Positions 1 to 7,467 of a stretch of 39,222 bases of DNA are shown here, piece by piece. The DNA is from a virus (Duplodnaviria > Caudoviricetes), in the IMG/VR virus record IMGVR_UViG_3300037991_005116, positions 1 through 39,222 of that record. One strand, written 5' to 3'. The position numbers were made by a program, and so were the translations under genes. The notes under the pieces were generated by a model. That model did not search any database, was not told where the DNA came from, and worked only from the letters and a program-made list of their open reading frames with translations. How positions within the stretch are numbered: the stretch's first letter is position 1; each line of letters starts with the position of its first letter.

Positions 1-8
1 TGATGGAT

Positions 9-85
9 CTTGGTCAATCTCGGTCCCGTCAGACGCCACAATCCATTGCGGCTTATTATCCGGCCCGCCGTAAGGCTCATAGTAA
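9..85. repeat. 77-bp terminal direct repeat, left copy (circular assembly overlap)
   Basis: CTTGGTCAATCTCGG...GGCTCATAGTAA at 9-85 is identical to 39146-39222; 77 nt is a common assembler k-mer length. Confidence 0.95.
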
Positions 86-198
86 CAGGCAACGGGGCCT
101 GGGTCGGCGGCGCACCATATTAAAACGACCGGCCCGCGTGGCTGCCCGTAGGGGTTGAGGGGCGCGGATTCCATCGGCTGCCAATCGCTGCTGCGCAT
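9..198 (-). CDS. DUF551-like protein, 5' part (continues across the circular join into 39145..39063)
   Basis: ATG at 198 (TGATG-coupled, GGAGG RBS); MRSSDWQPMESAP...VVLIW...; after circularisation a 90-aa ORF ending ...ATHWMPIAAP...KEDR*, with the WQPxESAP and THWMP hallmarks of DUF551. Confidence 0.8.
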
Positions 199-389
199 CA
201 CTCGCCCTCCGATCTTCGTGAACATTCTTGGCACCGAATAGTTACGTGCCCAGCTATGAACTTCGCGCCATCTGGAAGAATGTCACCAACCTCTGCGGGT
301 GACAGAGGTTGCGTCCACCATCCCAATCCGCTGCATCTCCAGCAGTCGCTGCCGCCCCCGGAACTTGGCCAAGATCCATCAAGTGGCAT
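198..389 (-). CDS. small hypothetical protein, possible Zn-binding (CxxC...CxxC)
   Basis: 63 aa, CWRC and CQEC; AAGGAGG RBS, TAATG/TGATG coupling at both ends. Confidence 0.7.
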   Translation of the reverse strand: MPLDGSWPSSGGGSDCWRCSGLGWWTQPLSPAEVGDILPDGAKFIAGHVTIRCQECSRRSEGE

Positions 390-574
390 TACCGATCCTC
401 CTTTGCCTGTTTCGGTTTAGCCCCCAACCAGTTTTTGAAATTCTGTTCTACCCTTATCGCACCAACAAACGTGCGAGACATCCCGCCCGCTCGACATCCG
501 CACTCGCAAGGAACGTCTGCCTCGAAGTCCCGTGTTAAACCGCAATCGCGGCAGGTGATGAAACCTGCCATCAC
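389..574 (-). CDS. small Zn-ribbon-like hypothetical protein
   Basis: 61 aa, CRDC...CECGC; AAGGAGG RBS, coupled to neighbours. Confidence 0.7.
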   Translation of the reverse strand: MMAGFITCRDCGLTRDFEADVPCECGCRAGGMSRTFVGAIRVEQNFKNWLGAKPKQAKEDR

Positions 575-1029
575 TCGCCCTCCTTGGATTTGGGCGCGGA
601 TCGCGTCCCGAGATTGTCATTGAGCGTGTGCCGCTTCACCCACGGGAACCCGGCGTCGTGGAAAACCTTGAGCGCAGCGGCTTCGGTGTAAATGTCGGGG
701 TTGTGCCACAAGGCCGCGCCGTCACGCACCACCTTGTCAGGGATCGACGGCCAGCGGGGCTTAGGGCTTTGCGGTGGAGGTGGGATTTGTGCAACTGGCT
801 TACACCCTCGCTTGTTGTAAACAGGGTTTTCGTCAAAGATCGCTCTGGCTTCTTCCTGAGACGCTTCGATCACCGAGGGAAACCACTCTACGGTAATCGT
901 TACGATATCGTGAAACCAAGACTTATCTTTGTGGCTCAATGTTCTCGCAAAGACATTCATGGAGCAACCAACGTATAAAAGTTGACCCACGTCGTCAAAG
1001 TGCCTGTAAACTGCATGTGGCTCACTCAT
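571..1029 (-). CDS. GIY-YIG nuclease-domain protein with small C-terminal domain
   Basis: AVYRHFDDVGQLLYVGCS..R...H...W...E..AI..ENPVYN fits the GIY-YIG motif pattern. Confidence 0.8.
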   Translation of the reverse strand: MSEPHAVYRHFDDVGQLLYVGCSMNVFARTLSHKDKSWFHDIVTITVEWFPSVIEASQEEARAIFDENPVYNKRGCKPVAQIPPPPQSPKPRWPSIPDKVVRDGAALWHNPDIYTEAAALKVFHDAGFPWVKRHTLNDNLGTRSAPKSKEGE

Positions 1030-1168
1030 CGCGCTTTACCGCCTTGATGATTTCTACTCGCGCATAAACCGAAGGCTTCATGCCTTGCTCGTCTGCCACC
1101 TTGTCCAGCTTCTTTCGCTCCTCGGGCGTCAAAAGCACTTGCAGCCTGTTTGATCTAATTTCGCGCAT
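1022..1168 (-). CDS. ribbon-helix-helix (CopG/Arc/MobC-like) DNA-binding protein
   Basis: MREIRSNRLQVLLTPEERKKLDKVADEQGMKPSVYARVEI; GAGG RBS before ATG 1168. Confidence 0.75.
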   Translation of the reverse strand: MREIRSNRLQVLLTPEERKKLDKVADEQGMKPSVYARVEIIKAVKRDE

Positions 1169-1193
1169 ATCAACCTCTTGTGTGTTCACATGG

Positions 1194-1222
1194 GTTATAG
1201 CGCAATCTCTATGTGCGTGCAA
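1194..1222 (-). promoter_or_regulatory. sigma70 promoter for the RHH operon
   Basis: Minus strand TTGCAC-N17-TATAAC. Confidence 0.7.
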
Positions 1223-1237
1223 GTCACATAATATGTG

Positions 1238-1266
1238 TTGACCATGTTGGATTGGTTCGCTATATG
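1238..1266 (+). promoter_or_regulatory. sigma70 promoter for the rightward small-gene cluster
   Basis: TTGACC-N17-TATATG (CTATAT alphaproteobacterial-type -10); palindrome CACATA-A-TATGTG immediately upstream (1225-1237). Confidence 0.75.
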
Positions 1267-1298
1267 TATCTCAACGGAATCGAAGAAAGGGCCAAGCC

Positions 1299-1667
1299 AT
1301 GACCAACGCCATCGAAACTCACGCACGCACCGCCTACCGCGCTCCTCGCGTTCAGCAATCCGCCCGTATCGCCGACCATTTCGCCTCGGTCGCCCTGCGC
1401 GCTTATGAGCGTGGCGACGCCACGCGCTCGCTGGTCCTTAAAGCCTCAAAGGCGGTTAGGGCCGCTGACGGCACAATTCACGACGAGCGTGTTGCAATCC
1501 TCCGCGCGCGCTCCGAGGCCGACATTGCCGCTGAGATGGATCGATTCCTTGAGGGCCACGTCGCGCCGCAGCCATTCGCGGCACTGAGCGACGCACTGCA
1601 CGCCACCGACGAACGGCTGTGTGCTATCCTCCGCGCCGACACCGATAAGGTGCATCCTTTAGCTTGA
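1299..1667 (+). CDS. hypothetical protein
   Basis: 122 aa, GAAAGG RBS, first gene after the promoter, followed by a GCCGCCC/GGGCGGC hairpin. Confidence 0.75.
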   Translation: MTNAIETHARTAYRAPRVQQSARIADHFASVALRAYERGDATRSLVLKASKAVRAADGTIHDERVAILRARSEADIAAEMDRFLEGHVAPQPFAALSDALHATDERLCAILRADTDKVHPLA

Positions 1668-1736
1668 TGCTCCGGTGCGCCGCCCTGTGGGGCGGCTATC
1701 CCCAACGCCAAATATTCAAATGAAAGAACCGAACCA

Positions 1737-1910
1737 ATGACCATGCAGGAAAAAATCGCAGCGATGCAGACCAAGCGCACCGCCAAGCCGGAAGTCTATC
1801 AAGCCGATGATGGCACTTGGGGCCACTGCATGGCTTACGGCGCGGGATTTGCTGACAAAATAACCGCACAGATGGACTTGCGATTTTGCAAAGATTGGGC
1901 GCGGGCATGA
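1737..1910 (+). CDS. small hypothetical protein (57 aa, below the ORF-track cut-off)
   Basis: MTMQEKIAAMQTKRTAKPEVYQADDGTWGHCMAYGAGF...WARA*; ATGA overlap with next ORF. Confidence 0.6.
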   Translation: MTMQEKIAAMQTKRTAKPEVYQADDGTWGHCMAYGAGFADKITAQMDLRFCKDWARA

Positions 1911-2113
1911 CGCGCCCCGTCTCGCACTCCCATCTGGTCGAGATTGTGGCTCGACGGATGCTTGCTGACATGGAAGATCACGGCGGCGTTGATGAGTTCT
2001 GCGAAAAGCTAACCGGCTTTCCGGAACAATATCTTAGCGAATTGGCGACTGGCGCAATAGACTGCATCAGTTTGAGTGATTGCTTGTCGCCCCGCGTTGA
2101 ATATAGCAAATAA
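1907..2113 (+). CDS. hypothetical protein
   Basis: MTRPVSHSHLVEIVARRMLAD...; ATGA-coupled start at 1907. Confidence 0.6.
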   Translation: MTRPVSHSHLVEIVARRMLADMEDHGGVDEFCEKLTGFPEQYLSELATGAIDCISLSDCLSPRVEYSK

Positions 2114-2125
2114 GGACACTCGAAA

Positions 2126-2340
2126 TTCCCGCCAAATGGGGCGGTGAAGGTGGGTTCCGAGAGGACCACAAGAGGGACTGCTGAAAAGGCCCCGAAACGA
2201 CGCCCTGACTGGCATTTTGGGATTGCGTTATGAACTGTCTGCATTCTTGGCAGATGTGGTGTGCCAGCACTGCCATGACTGCGGGGTGTCCGCAGCAGAG
2301 GGCCACCATACCCACAGGGGGCGGAAATCCCCCACCTGAA
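2126..2340 (+). ncRNA. candidate structured non-coding RNA
   Basis: 250-bp gap in an otherwise packed cluster with several nested stems (see findings); no family recognised. Confidence 0.3.
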
Positions 2341-2365
2341 ACGAATAACGGATAGGACACTTCGC

Positions 2366-2569
2366 ATGATCGACTACGCAACCACCAAACCGGGCGATAA
2401 GCTGCGCATCACAGGGATGGGCGCGCCGGGCTTCGCTGAGTTAGGCGACATTGTTACCGTCACAAAGTGCAACGGAGATAACAAACTGTTCGCAAAGAAC
2501 GACGCCGGGACGGAAGTTTTCTTTGCTCTGACTTGCGGCGCACAACGCCTAGAACACACCAACGAATAG
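2366..2569 (+). CDS. small SH3/KOW-like hypothetical protein
   Basis: 67 aa, KPGDKLRI...GDIVTV; AGGAC RBS. Confidence 0.7.
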   Translation: MIDYATTKPGDKLRITGMGAPGFAELGDIVTVTKCNGDNKLFAKNDAGTEVFFALTCGAQRLEHTNE

Positions 2570-2577
2570 GACGGAAC

Positions 2578-2775
2578 ATGGCAGGAATAGACAAATTAAG
2601 CGCAGACGCAGAGGGCCACGCAACAAAAGATAGAGCAAAACTTCCGATTATTGAAATGCGTGAGTTTGAAGTTCGCACTCTTGAAGATTGGATTGAGTTT
2701 GCGCGGAGCGACGACTGCCTCAAACACATGGTGCCAAGTGACCTTCGCACCATCCTCAGCAATATCAAAGATTAG
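2578..2775 (+). CDS. hypothetical protein
   Basis: MAGIDKLS... 65 aa; AGGAC RBS overlapping the previous stop. Confidence 0.65.
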   Translation: MAGIDKLSADAEGHATKDRAKLPIIEMREFEVRTLEDWIEFARSDDCLKHMVPSDLRTILSNIKD

Positions 2776-2784
2776 GACGCCCAG

Positions 2785-3168
2785 ATGGCATATGCCACCC
2801 GAACCGAAGTTCCGGTAAGCAAGAGCAAAACCGATATTGAAAAGCTGGTGCACAAATATGGGGCAGACTCTTTTGCGATCATGCAGAGAGCCAGCGCCGC
2901 ACAGGTAGCCTTTTCACTGCAAGGTCGTAACATCTTGTTTCGGATGCAGGTGCCAGAGGGGGATCAGAAAGAGCGGACTATCTGGCGGGCGCTGTTGCTT
3001 ACGATAAAAGCAAAGTGTGAGAGCGCAGAAAGCGGCATTGAAACCTTCGAGGAAGCGTTTATGGCGAACGTCGTCATGCCCGACGGTCGGACGGTTTCCG
3101 AGACCGTGACGCCCGCAATAGAGAGTGGCTACAGCGGGCGCGACGTGCCCCTGCTACCGCACTATTAA
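2785..3168 (+). CDS. conserved phage hypothetical protein
   Basis: YATRTEVPVSKSK...WRALLLTIKAK.E..ESGIETFEEAF.A..V.PDG.TV, a motif set I recognise from many phages. Confidence 0.85.
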   Translation: MAYATRTEVPVSKSKTDIEKLVHKYGADSFAIMQRASAAQVAFSLQGRNILFRMQVPEGDQKERTIWRALLLTIKAKCESAESGIETFEEAFMANVVMPDGRTVSETVTPAIESGYSGRDVPLLPHY

Positions 3169-3193
3169 AGGCCGCATGGAAAGGGGCTAGCAG

Positions 3194-3409
3194 ATGGGAA
3201 AAGACACCGTGATAGCTGGGTCGCGAGAAATTATCTGCCCACGGGAGGGCGAAGGGGGCACCTACGCGGATGAAGTCCATGAGGCAGATCGTCCGTCACA
3301 TTCTCGGCTTCTTGGTCCGAACGGGAAGCCCTTGTTATACGAAACGAAACAACCTATCGGCTTCCGCCTCTCGGGTCGCAGGTCGCAGGGAAGCGAGGGG
3401 TCCGAATGA
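3194..3409 (+). CDS. hypothetical protein
   Basis: 71 aa, LLGPNG.PL...PIGF; AAGGGG RBS. Confidence 0.6.
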   Translation: MGKDTVIAGSREIICPREGEGGTYADEVHEADRPSHSRLLGPNGKPLLYETKQPIGFRLSGRRSQGSEGSE

Positions 3410-3609
3410 GCTACGTTCAGTTTTCCAAGCTGCTTTCTAGCCTGTCTATTGAGGCTTCATCAGCGGCGCGCGATGCCATTGAAGTTTTAGAGATAGACGA
3501 GGCTGGGACACCTTCATCCGCCGACGTCACTGCCCCGCCACCAGTTGACATGGATCGGACCGAATTTGCGGGCAATAAGGAATATGCGACAAATCGCATG
3601 CTCGGGTAA
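3406..3609 (+). CDS. hypothetical protein
   Basis: 67 aa, ATGA-coupled, GAGG RBS. Confidence 0.55.
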   Translation: MSYVQFSKLLSSLSIEASSAARDAIEVLEIDEAGTPSSADVTAPPPVDMDRTEFAGNKEYATNRMLG

Positions 3610-3634
3610 AATGCTTGACTAAAGGTCAATATGG

Positions 3635-3670
3635 AAAAGCCCCGCCACCGGGATCAACCGATAGCGGGGC
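3635..3670 (-). terminator. rho-independent terminator ending the late operon
   Basis: Minus strand GCCCCGCTATCGG-TTGATC-CCGGTGGCGGGGC followed by TTTT; lies between convergent genes. Confidence 0.75.
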
Positions 3671-3712
3671 AGTTCAACAGGCAGGGTCCGCGCGAACCCG
3701 GCGCGGGCGGGG

Positions 3713-4207
3713 TCAGTTTGTAACGCCAGCCTCGTAAGTCCCGTTATTCGGATCGAGCCGCGCGGCGGTCACCATCGGCTTCATCGGCAACCACCCCCAG
3801 AGCATGACCTGTCGGGTGTTCACGATCAGCAGCGGAGGGCCAACCCCAAGACAGGGCATTGCCCATTCCAGAGCCGGGTATTCCACGGTATCAGACGCGC
3901 CGATCTGGAAGAACGCCACACGCGCCGGGCCGGATGCACACTCAAGCTGGCTGTCGGTTTTCGTGAAGTTGATCTCTGACGTCCACCGAACGTAATATCC
4001 ATTCTCACCCGTGGCCTTTCGGACAGACACCAACGGTCCGTCACGAACAATCCTTGTGAACATGAAGTTGCCGGTGGCTTCGCTGTAACTGATCGAAATG
4101 GGCTGGATGAAAAAGCCGGTCGGGAATGCCAGCCATGCCATGACCGTCGACGCCATGAACGCGGTAAGCACCGCCATCCCGTAGAATACAAATCGCAAAC
4201 GCTTCAT
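3713..4207 (-). CDS. membrane-anchored protein with periplasmic beta-rich domain
   Basis: Start 4207 (ATGA coupling); N-terminal TM FVFYGMAVLTAFMASTVMAWLAF, two Cys in the soluble domain. Confidence 0.7.
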   Translation of the reverse strand: MKRLRFVFYGMAVLTAFMASTVMAWLAFPTGFFIQPISISYSEATGNFMFTRIVRDGPLVSVRKATGENGYYVRWTSEINFTKTDSQLECASGPARVAFFQIGASDTVEYPALEWAMPCLGVGPPLLIVNTRQVMLWGWLPMKPMVTAARLDPNNGTYEAGVTN

Positions 4208-4473
4208 GGCAGGCCCCGGAAGATGATTGACCTGTACGACCAGATGACCGCGGCAAGCGTGGCGACGATCGCGCCCAGGGTCGATATGCCCCATTTCAGG
4301 TAACGCTGCTCGGTCACCGCCCGTTCACGGTCCCGAAGTTCGGCCCGAGATTCCAGCGCCTTGATATGGTCCTCCATGTCTCTGATCTTCGTAAATAGTT
4401 GGGTAAATTTCCATTCTACAAGATCGGATGACCCGGATTTGCCTCGGTAGTCATTATCCGTCACACCGCGCAC
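4204..4473 (-). CDS. coiled-coil protein with C-terminal TM helix (XhlA/holin-like architecture)
   Basis: IRDMEDHIKALESRAELRDRE then WGISTLGAIVATLAAVIW; GTG start at 4473 or 4464. Confidence 0.7.
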   Translation of the reverse strand: MRGVTDNDYRGKSGSSDLVEWKFTQLFTKIRDMEDHIKALESRAELRDRERAVTEQRYLKWGISTLGAIVATLAAVIWSYRSIIFRGLP

Positions 4474-4510
4474 CCCGACTGTCCTGTGGCTTGCCTGTCG
4501 TCGCCGTCTG

Positions 4511-4771
4511 TCATTTTCTTAATTCCGTCCTGCGTTGTGCACTGGCGTCAGTATGGCGATCACATGCCGGGGGGGTGTATATACCAACGGCGCAGCCTCG
4601 GGCTACGTTCCCGTCAATCCGATCCTGATCGGCCAGCGTCTTGCCTTGCGCGCCGGGAAGATCATCGCCGAGAACGTCAGCGATCCCGCCTACATTTACT
4701 GGTCCCAAAGTCCCACACGCGGCCAGCGTCGACACAGTTAGCGCGGTTAAGGTCAGCTTTATCGGCGGCAT
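4511..4771 (-). CDS. o-spanin (Rz1-like lipoprotein)
   Basis: Signal peptide with lipobox LAAC; overlaps the 3' end of the i-spanin gene in another frame. Confidence 0.75.
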   Translation of the reverse strand: MPPIKLTLTALTVSTLAACGTLGPVNVGGIADVLGDDLPGAQGKTLADQDRIDGNVARGCAVGIYTPPACDRHTDASAQRRTELRK

Positions 4772-4934
4772 CTGAGGCATCCTTGTTTTGTTCGGTGATT
4801 TCGTCGCGCAACTCGTCCTGAGCATTGTCCTGAATTTGTCCAACGGCCCACCACACGCTGGCCGCAAGCAGACCCGCGATAATGAATGCCAAGACCAACT
4901 TGCCTGGGATCAGGCGGGAGAGAATGGAGATCAT
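4677..4934 (-). CDS. i-spanin (Rz-like)
   Basis: N-terminal TM (LVLAFIIAGLLAASVWWAV), helical periplasmic region, C-terminal C...WDF..SKC; lysis-cassette position. Confidence 0.75.
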   Translation of the reverse strand: MISILSRLIPGKLVLAFIIAGLLAASVWWAVGQIQDNAQDELRDEITEQNKDASDAADKADLNRANCVDAGRVWDFGTSKCRRDR

Positions 4935-5104
4935 GCTGTGCCCCTTCTGACTTCCTTGCAATCGATGGACAGCCAGAGCAGATCGGCATCAGGGTCCGAT
5001 AGCCGGGCCATCGTCTGGACGGCGACGGTTTTGGCCGCAACGCAGTCCTGATGCTTGCCGAAGTAGATCGGGGCCACGGAGGCGCGGCAGTTGTCGCCGT
5101 TCAT
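4931..5104 (-). CDS. small Cys-containing hypothetical protein
   Basis: 57 aa MNGDNC...QDC...IDC; ATGA overlaps on both sides. Confidence 0.55.
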   Translation of the reverse strand: MNGDNCRASVAPIYFGKHQDCVAAKTVAVQTMARLSDPDADLLWLSIDCKEVRRGTA

Positions 5105-5298
5105 GTCTGGTCCACCATACGCCCGACGACGACAGCGATGCCAACGGCCCCGACGATCCATGGGAGCCACGTGTCGGGGATGTTGCCCTTCACGTCCTCT
5201 GGCAGAACCACCCACGCGGCGGGCAGAGCGACAACCAACGCTCCGGCCTGCACGGAAAACCAGCGCCATGCGTTCTTCCATCCCTCTACAAGTTTCAT
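5101..5298 (-). CDS. holin
   Basis: MKLVEGWKNAWRWFSVQA, two TM segments, C-terminal GRMVDQ; directly downstream of endolysin. Confidence 0.85.
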   Translation of the reverse strand: MKLVEGWKNAWRWFSVQAGALVVALPAAWVVLPEDVKGNIPDTWLPWIVGAVGIAVVVGRMVDQT

Positions 5299-5299
5299 G

Positions 5300-5971
5300 T
5301 CACGCTCCCTTTCGGCTTGTGAAAAACCCGATGATTGCCGCGATCAGGGCCGCGATGCCCGTGGTGGGCCGGTCAGGGGTCGGGTCGATGGGTTCAACGT
5401 CGGGGGGAGTGGGGGTGCCCATAAGGCTGAGAAGCCGCTCTTGCGTCAGTGTCCGCACTGGCTTCCAGATCACCTTGCCCGCGCCGTTCGTGCCCCAGAC
5501 TGTCACCTTGCTGTTCCCGTAAGTCCCGTTGGCAAACAGATCCCGCTCCGCTTTCCTGCGGGGGATAATTTCAGGAGGTTTTTTCCAATTCATGATGCCC
5601 TTGATCGCCGCTGCCTTGTCGCCCCGGTTGAAGTCCCGCACCCACGATGCGCGCGCTATCGCTCCCGTGTTGAAGTGGAAGCTGACAGCAGCGTCGAATT
5701 GAGCTTGCGTAAGCGGAACATTGAACGCCCGACGAACCCCGGACTCATACTTCACCACGTCCATTCGAAACGCGCGAAGAACTTTTCGAATTGCAGTGTC
5801 CAGATCGGCGGGCATGGCTTTTGGCAGTGTTGCGGGGTTCGGTGATCCAGCGGCGGTGGTATGGCCGACACCCCACGTCCAGACGCCTACGCTGTCCTTG
5901 TATGGAGCCGGGACGATGCCCTCATGGGACGCAAGAAACGCCAGTCCCTCATTGCTGATCGTCTGTGCCAT
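5300..5971 (-). CDS. endolysin, GH24 (phage lysozyme) family
   Basis: HEG...PYKDSVGVWTWGVGHT catalytic E/D/T triad, QAQFDAAVSFHFNTG, RRKAERDLF; hydrophobic C-terminal tail. Confidence 0.92.
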   Translation of the reverse strand: MAQTISNEGLAFLASHEGIVPAPYKDSVGVWTWGVGHTTAAGSPNPATLPKAMPADLDTAIRKVLRAFRMDVVKYESGVRRAFNVPLTQAQFDAAVSFHFNTGAIARASWVRDFNRGDKAAAIKGIMNWKKPPEIIPRRKAERDLFANGTYGNSKVTVWGTNGAGKVIWKPVRTLTQERLLSLMGTPTPPDVEPIDPTPDRPTTGIAALIAAIIGFFTSRKGA

Positions 5972-5988
5972 ATGTCCTGCCCTCTGTT

Positions 5989-6210
5989 TCATTTGCTCAG
6001 GTTGTCCATTTCATCGCGCCCCAACCACGGCACATGCGGTGCCAGCGCGTCTTCGCGGGCCAGCGCAAACCAGAACAGCCGGATCTTGTTGATCCTGTTG
6101 GACGTGTCTGCCGGGAGCTTCTGCGGACGGGCGATGTGGTAGATCACCAGCAGCCCGATCAGCGACGGGACCGACAGGAAGAACAGGAGCGCGGACAAGA
6201 GCATGCCCAT
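5989..6210 (-). CDS. small membrane protein
   Basis: MGMLLSALLFFLSVPSLIGLLVIY... 73 aa; 3' part of track ORF 5989..6453. Confidence 0.6.
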   Translation of the reverse strand: MGMLLSALLFFLSVPSLIGLLVIYHIARPQKLPADTSNRINKIRLFWFALAREDALAPHVPWLGRDEMDNLSK

Positions 6211-6217
6211 CGGCCAA

Positions 6218-6472
6218 TCACCGGGCTCTACCGCGGGCGCGGCGCAGGTCTCGGAGAACCTGTATTTCCTCGACCGTCTTGGCACCTGCAAACTCGGTTT
6301 CAGCTTGCGCACGGAGCGTCGCCAGACGTTCGGCTTCCATATCCTGCATCGTCTCCCGGATCGCGGCTTCGCGCTCTGCGGCGATGACTTCGGCGGGGGC
6401 GCGTTTTGGCAGTGTGAACGCCTCGTCAATCGTGATTTCGCCGGTCGCGGCATCCAGAACCCTGCGCATCAC
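6218..6472 (-). CDS. putative tail fibre-associated/assembly protein
   Basis: 84 aa, RRVLDAATGEITI; coupled to the tail fibre stop. Confidence 0.6.
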   Translation of the reverse strand: MMRRVLDAATGEITIDEAFTLPKRAPAEVIAAEREAAIRETMQDMEAERLATLRAQAETEFAGAKTVEEIQVLRDLRRARGRAR

Positions 6473-7455
6473 ATATACCTCAGCCGCATTTCGCCCGCGT
6501 CGAAACTCCCGGCTGTCAGGGTGAGCCGCAAATTGTCCAATTCGCCTGCCAGAGCAACGCGCCCGCCCCCGGTGTATCCTAGGCTTTGAGTTGTTCCGAC
6601 AGTCTGCGAAATCCAGATATTCCCTGAGAACCTTTTTAGTTTGATGCTGCCATGCAGAAAATTTCCAGCGGAGTTCAAAAAGGTAATCATTCCGGCTGTA
6701 GACGACCGCGAGGTGGTGGTAATGCTAACTGCAGACACATAGCCTGTAGTTGTTGGAGTGCCACCAGTGCCAATCTGTAATAAAAGGTCTCCGTTCGAAT
6801 TTCCCGAGACGCCATCAAGCCAGACCTCGATGTCAGTTACCCCCGCCGGAATGGACGTGACATCAATTGCCGTGCCTGACGTGGTGGCAACAGGTGTGGT
6901 TTCGGTCCACGACGGCAAATCACCCGATGCCCACTTCGTCCCGTCAGACACAAGCGCCGTCCCGGCGACCCCGACCGGAATGCGATCGAACCCCGTCCCC
7001 GCCGCATTGCGCTGGAGCAGGTCGCCTGCCGCGTCTGAGCCGACGTTAATCAGCGGGGATATAAGCGTCTTGTTGGGCAGCGTCTGAGCGTCGGTCGTGC
7101 CGACGATATCGCCGGTTGGCAGCAACTTGACGCTGTCCTTGATCAGCTTGCCGGTTGTGCCGTTAAATACGGGAACCGCGTCTGCGGTAGCCGATGCCGG
7201 GCCAGCAATCTTCCCCTCAACCTGATCAAATCTCGCTGCATCGGTCGAAGTTGTAGCCGCGGCTACATTCGTAATCCGGTTGCCGCCCATCTTGAGGTCG
7301 GAAGTCATGGGGGCCGACCCGTCCCGTGGGAGACTGCCCGTCAACGCTTCGGCAATGTCCTCAAGGGGCGGATTGTGCTGCTCCACCCTGATCGTTTCGC
7401 CGGACACAGCGCGATATGACGGCGGAAGCTGATAAACGCCTGATATTCTTGGCAT
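6469..7455 (-). CDS. tail fibre / receptor-binding protein
   Basis: Podovirus fibre N-terminus (MPR.SGVYQLP...SLPRDGS.PMT.DL.MGG.RITN.AA), G/T-rich shaft, beta-sandwich-like C-terminus. Confidence 0.85.
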   Translation of the reverse strand: MPRISGVYQLPPSYRAVSGETIRVEQHNPPLEDIAEALTGSLPRDGSAPMTSDLKMGGNRITNVAAATTSTDAARFDQVEGKIAGPASATADAVPVFNGTTGKLIKDSVKLLPTGDIVGTTDAQTLPNKTLISPLINVGSDAAGDLLQRNAAGTGFDRIPVGVAGTALVSDGTKWASGDLPSWTETTPVATTSGTAIDVTSIPAGVTDIEVWLDGVSGNSNGDLLLQIGTGGTPTTTGYVSAVSITTTSRSSTAGMITFLNSAGNFLHGSIKLKRFSGNIWISQTVGTTQSLGYTGGGRVALAGELDNLRLTLTAGSFDAGEMRLRYM

Positions 7456-7467
7456 TTTGATTCCTCA

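Noticed and set aside
1-13. First 8 nt do not match the circular join; 1-13 (TGATGGATCTTGG) is the reverse complement of 369-381, suggesting an invertible segment
   Set aside because: Only CTTGG-N-CAA microhomology, no invertase encoded, and the variant would break the DUF551 gene; most likely a fold-back chimeric read at the contig tip
9-85. End repeat as a biological direct terminal repeat
   Set aside because: Exactly 77 nt, lies mid-gene, and the terminase type suggests headful packaging; best explained as assembler overlap
2178-2200. CTGAAAAGGCCCCGAAAC resembling a hammerhead ribozyme core
   Set aside because: Lacks the conserved G of CUGANGA, and I could not build stems I and III or a cleavage triplet
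6469-7455. Diversity-generating retroelement acting on the tail fibre
   Set aside because: No reverse transcriptase and no template/variable repeat pair seen in the genome
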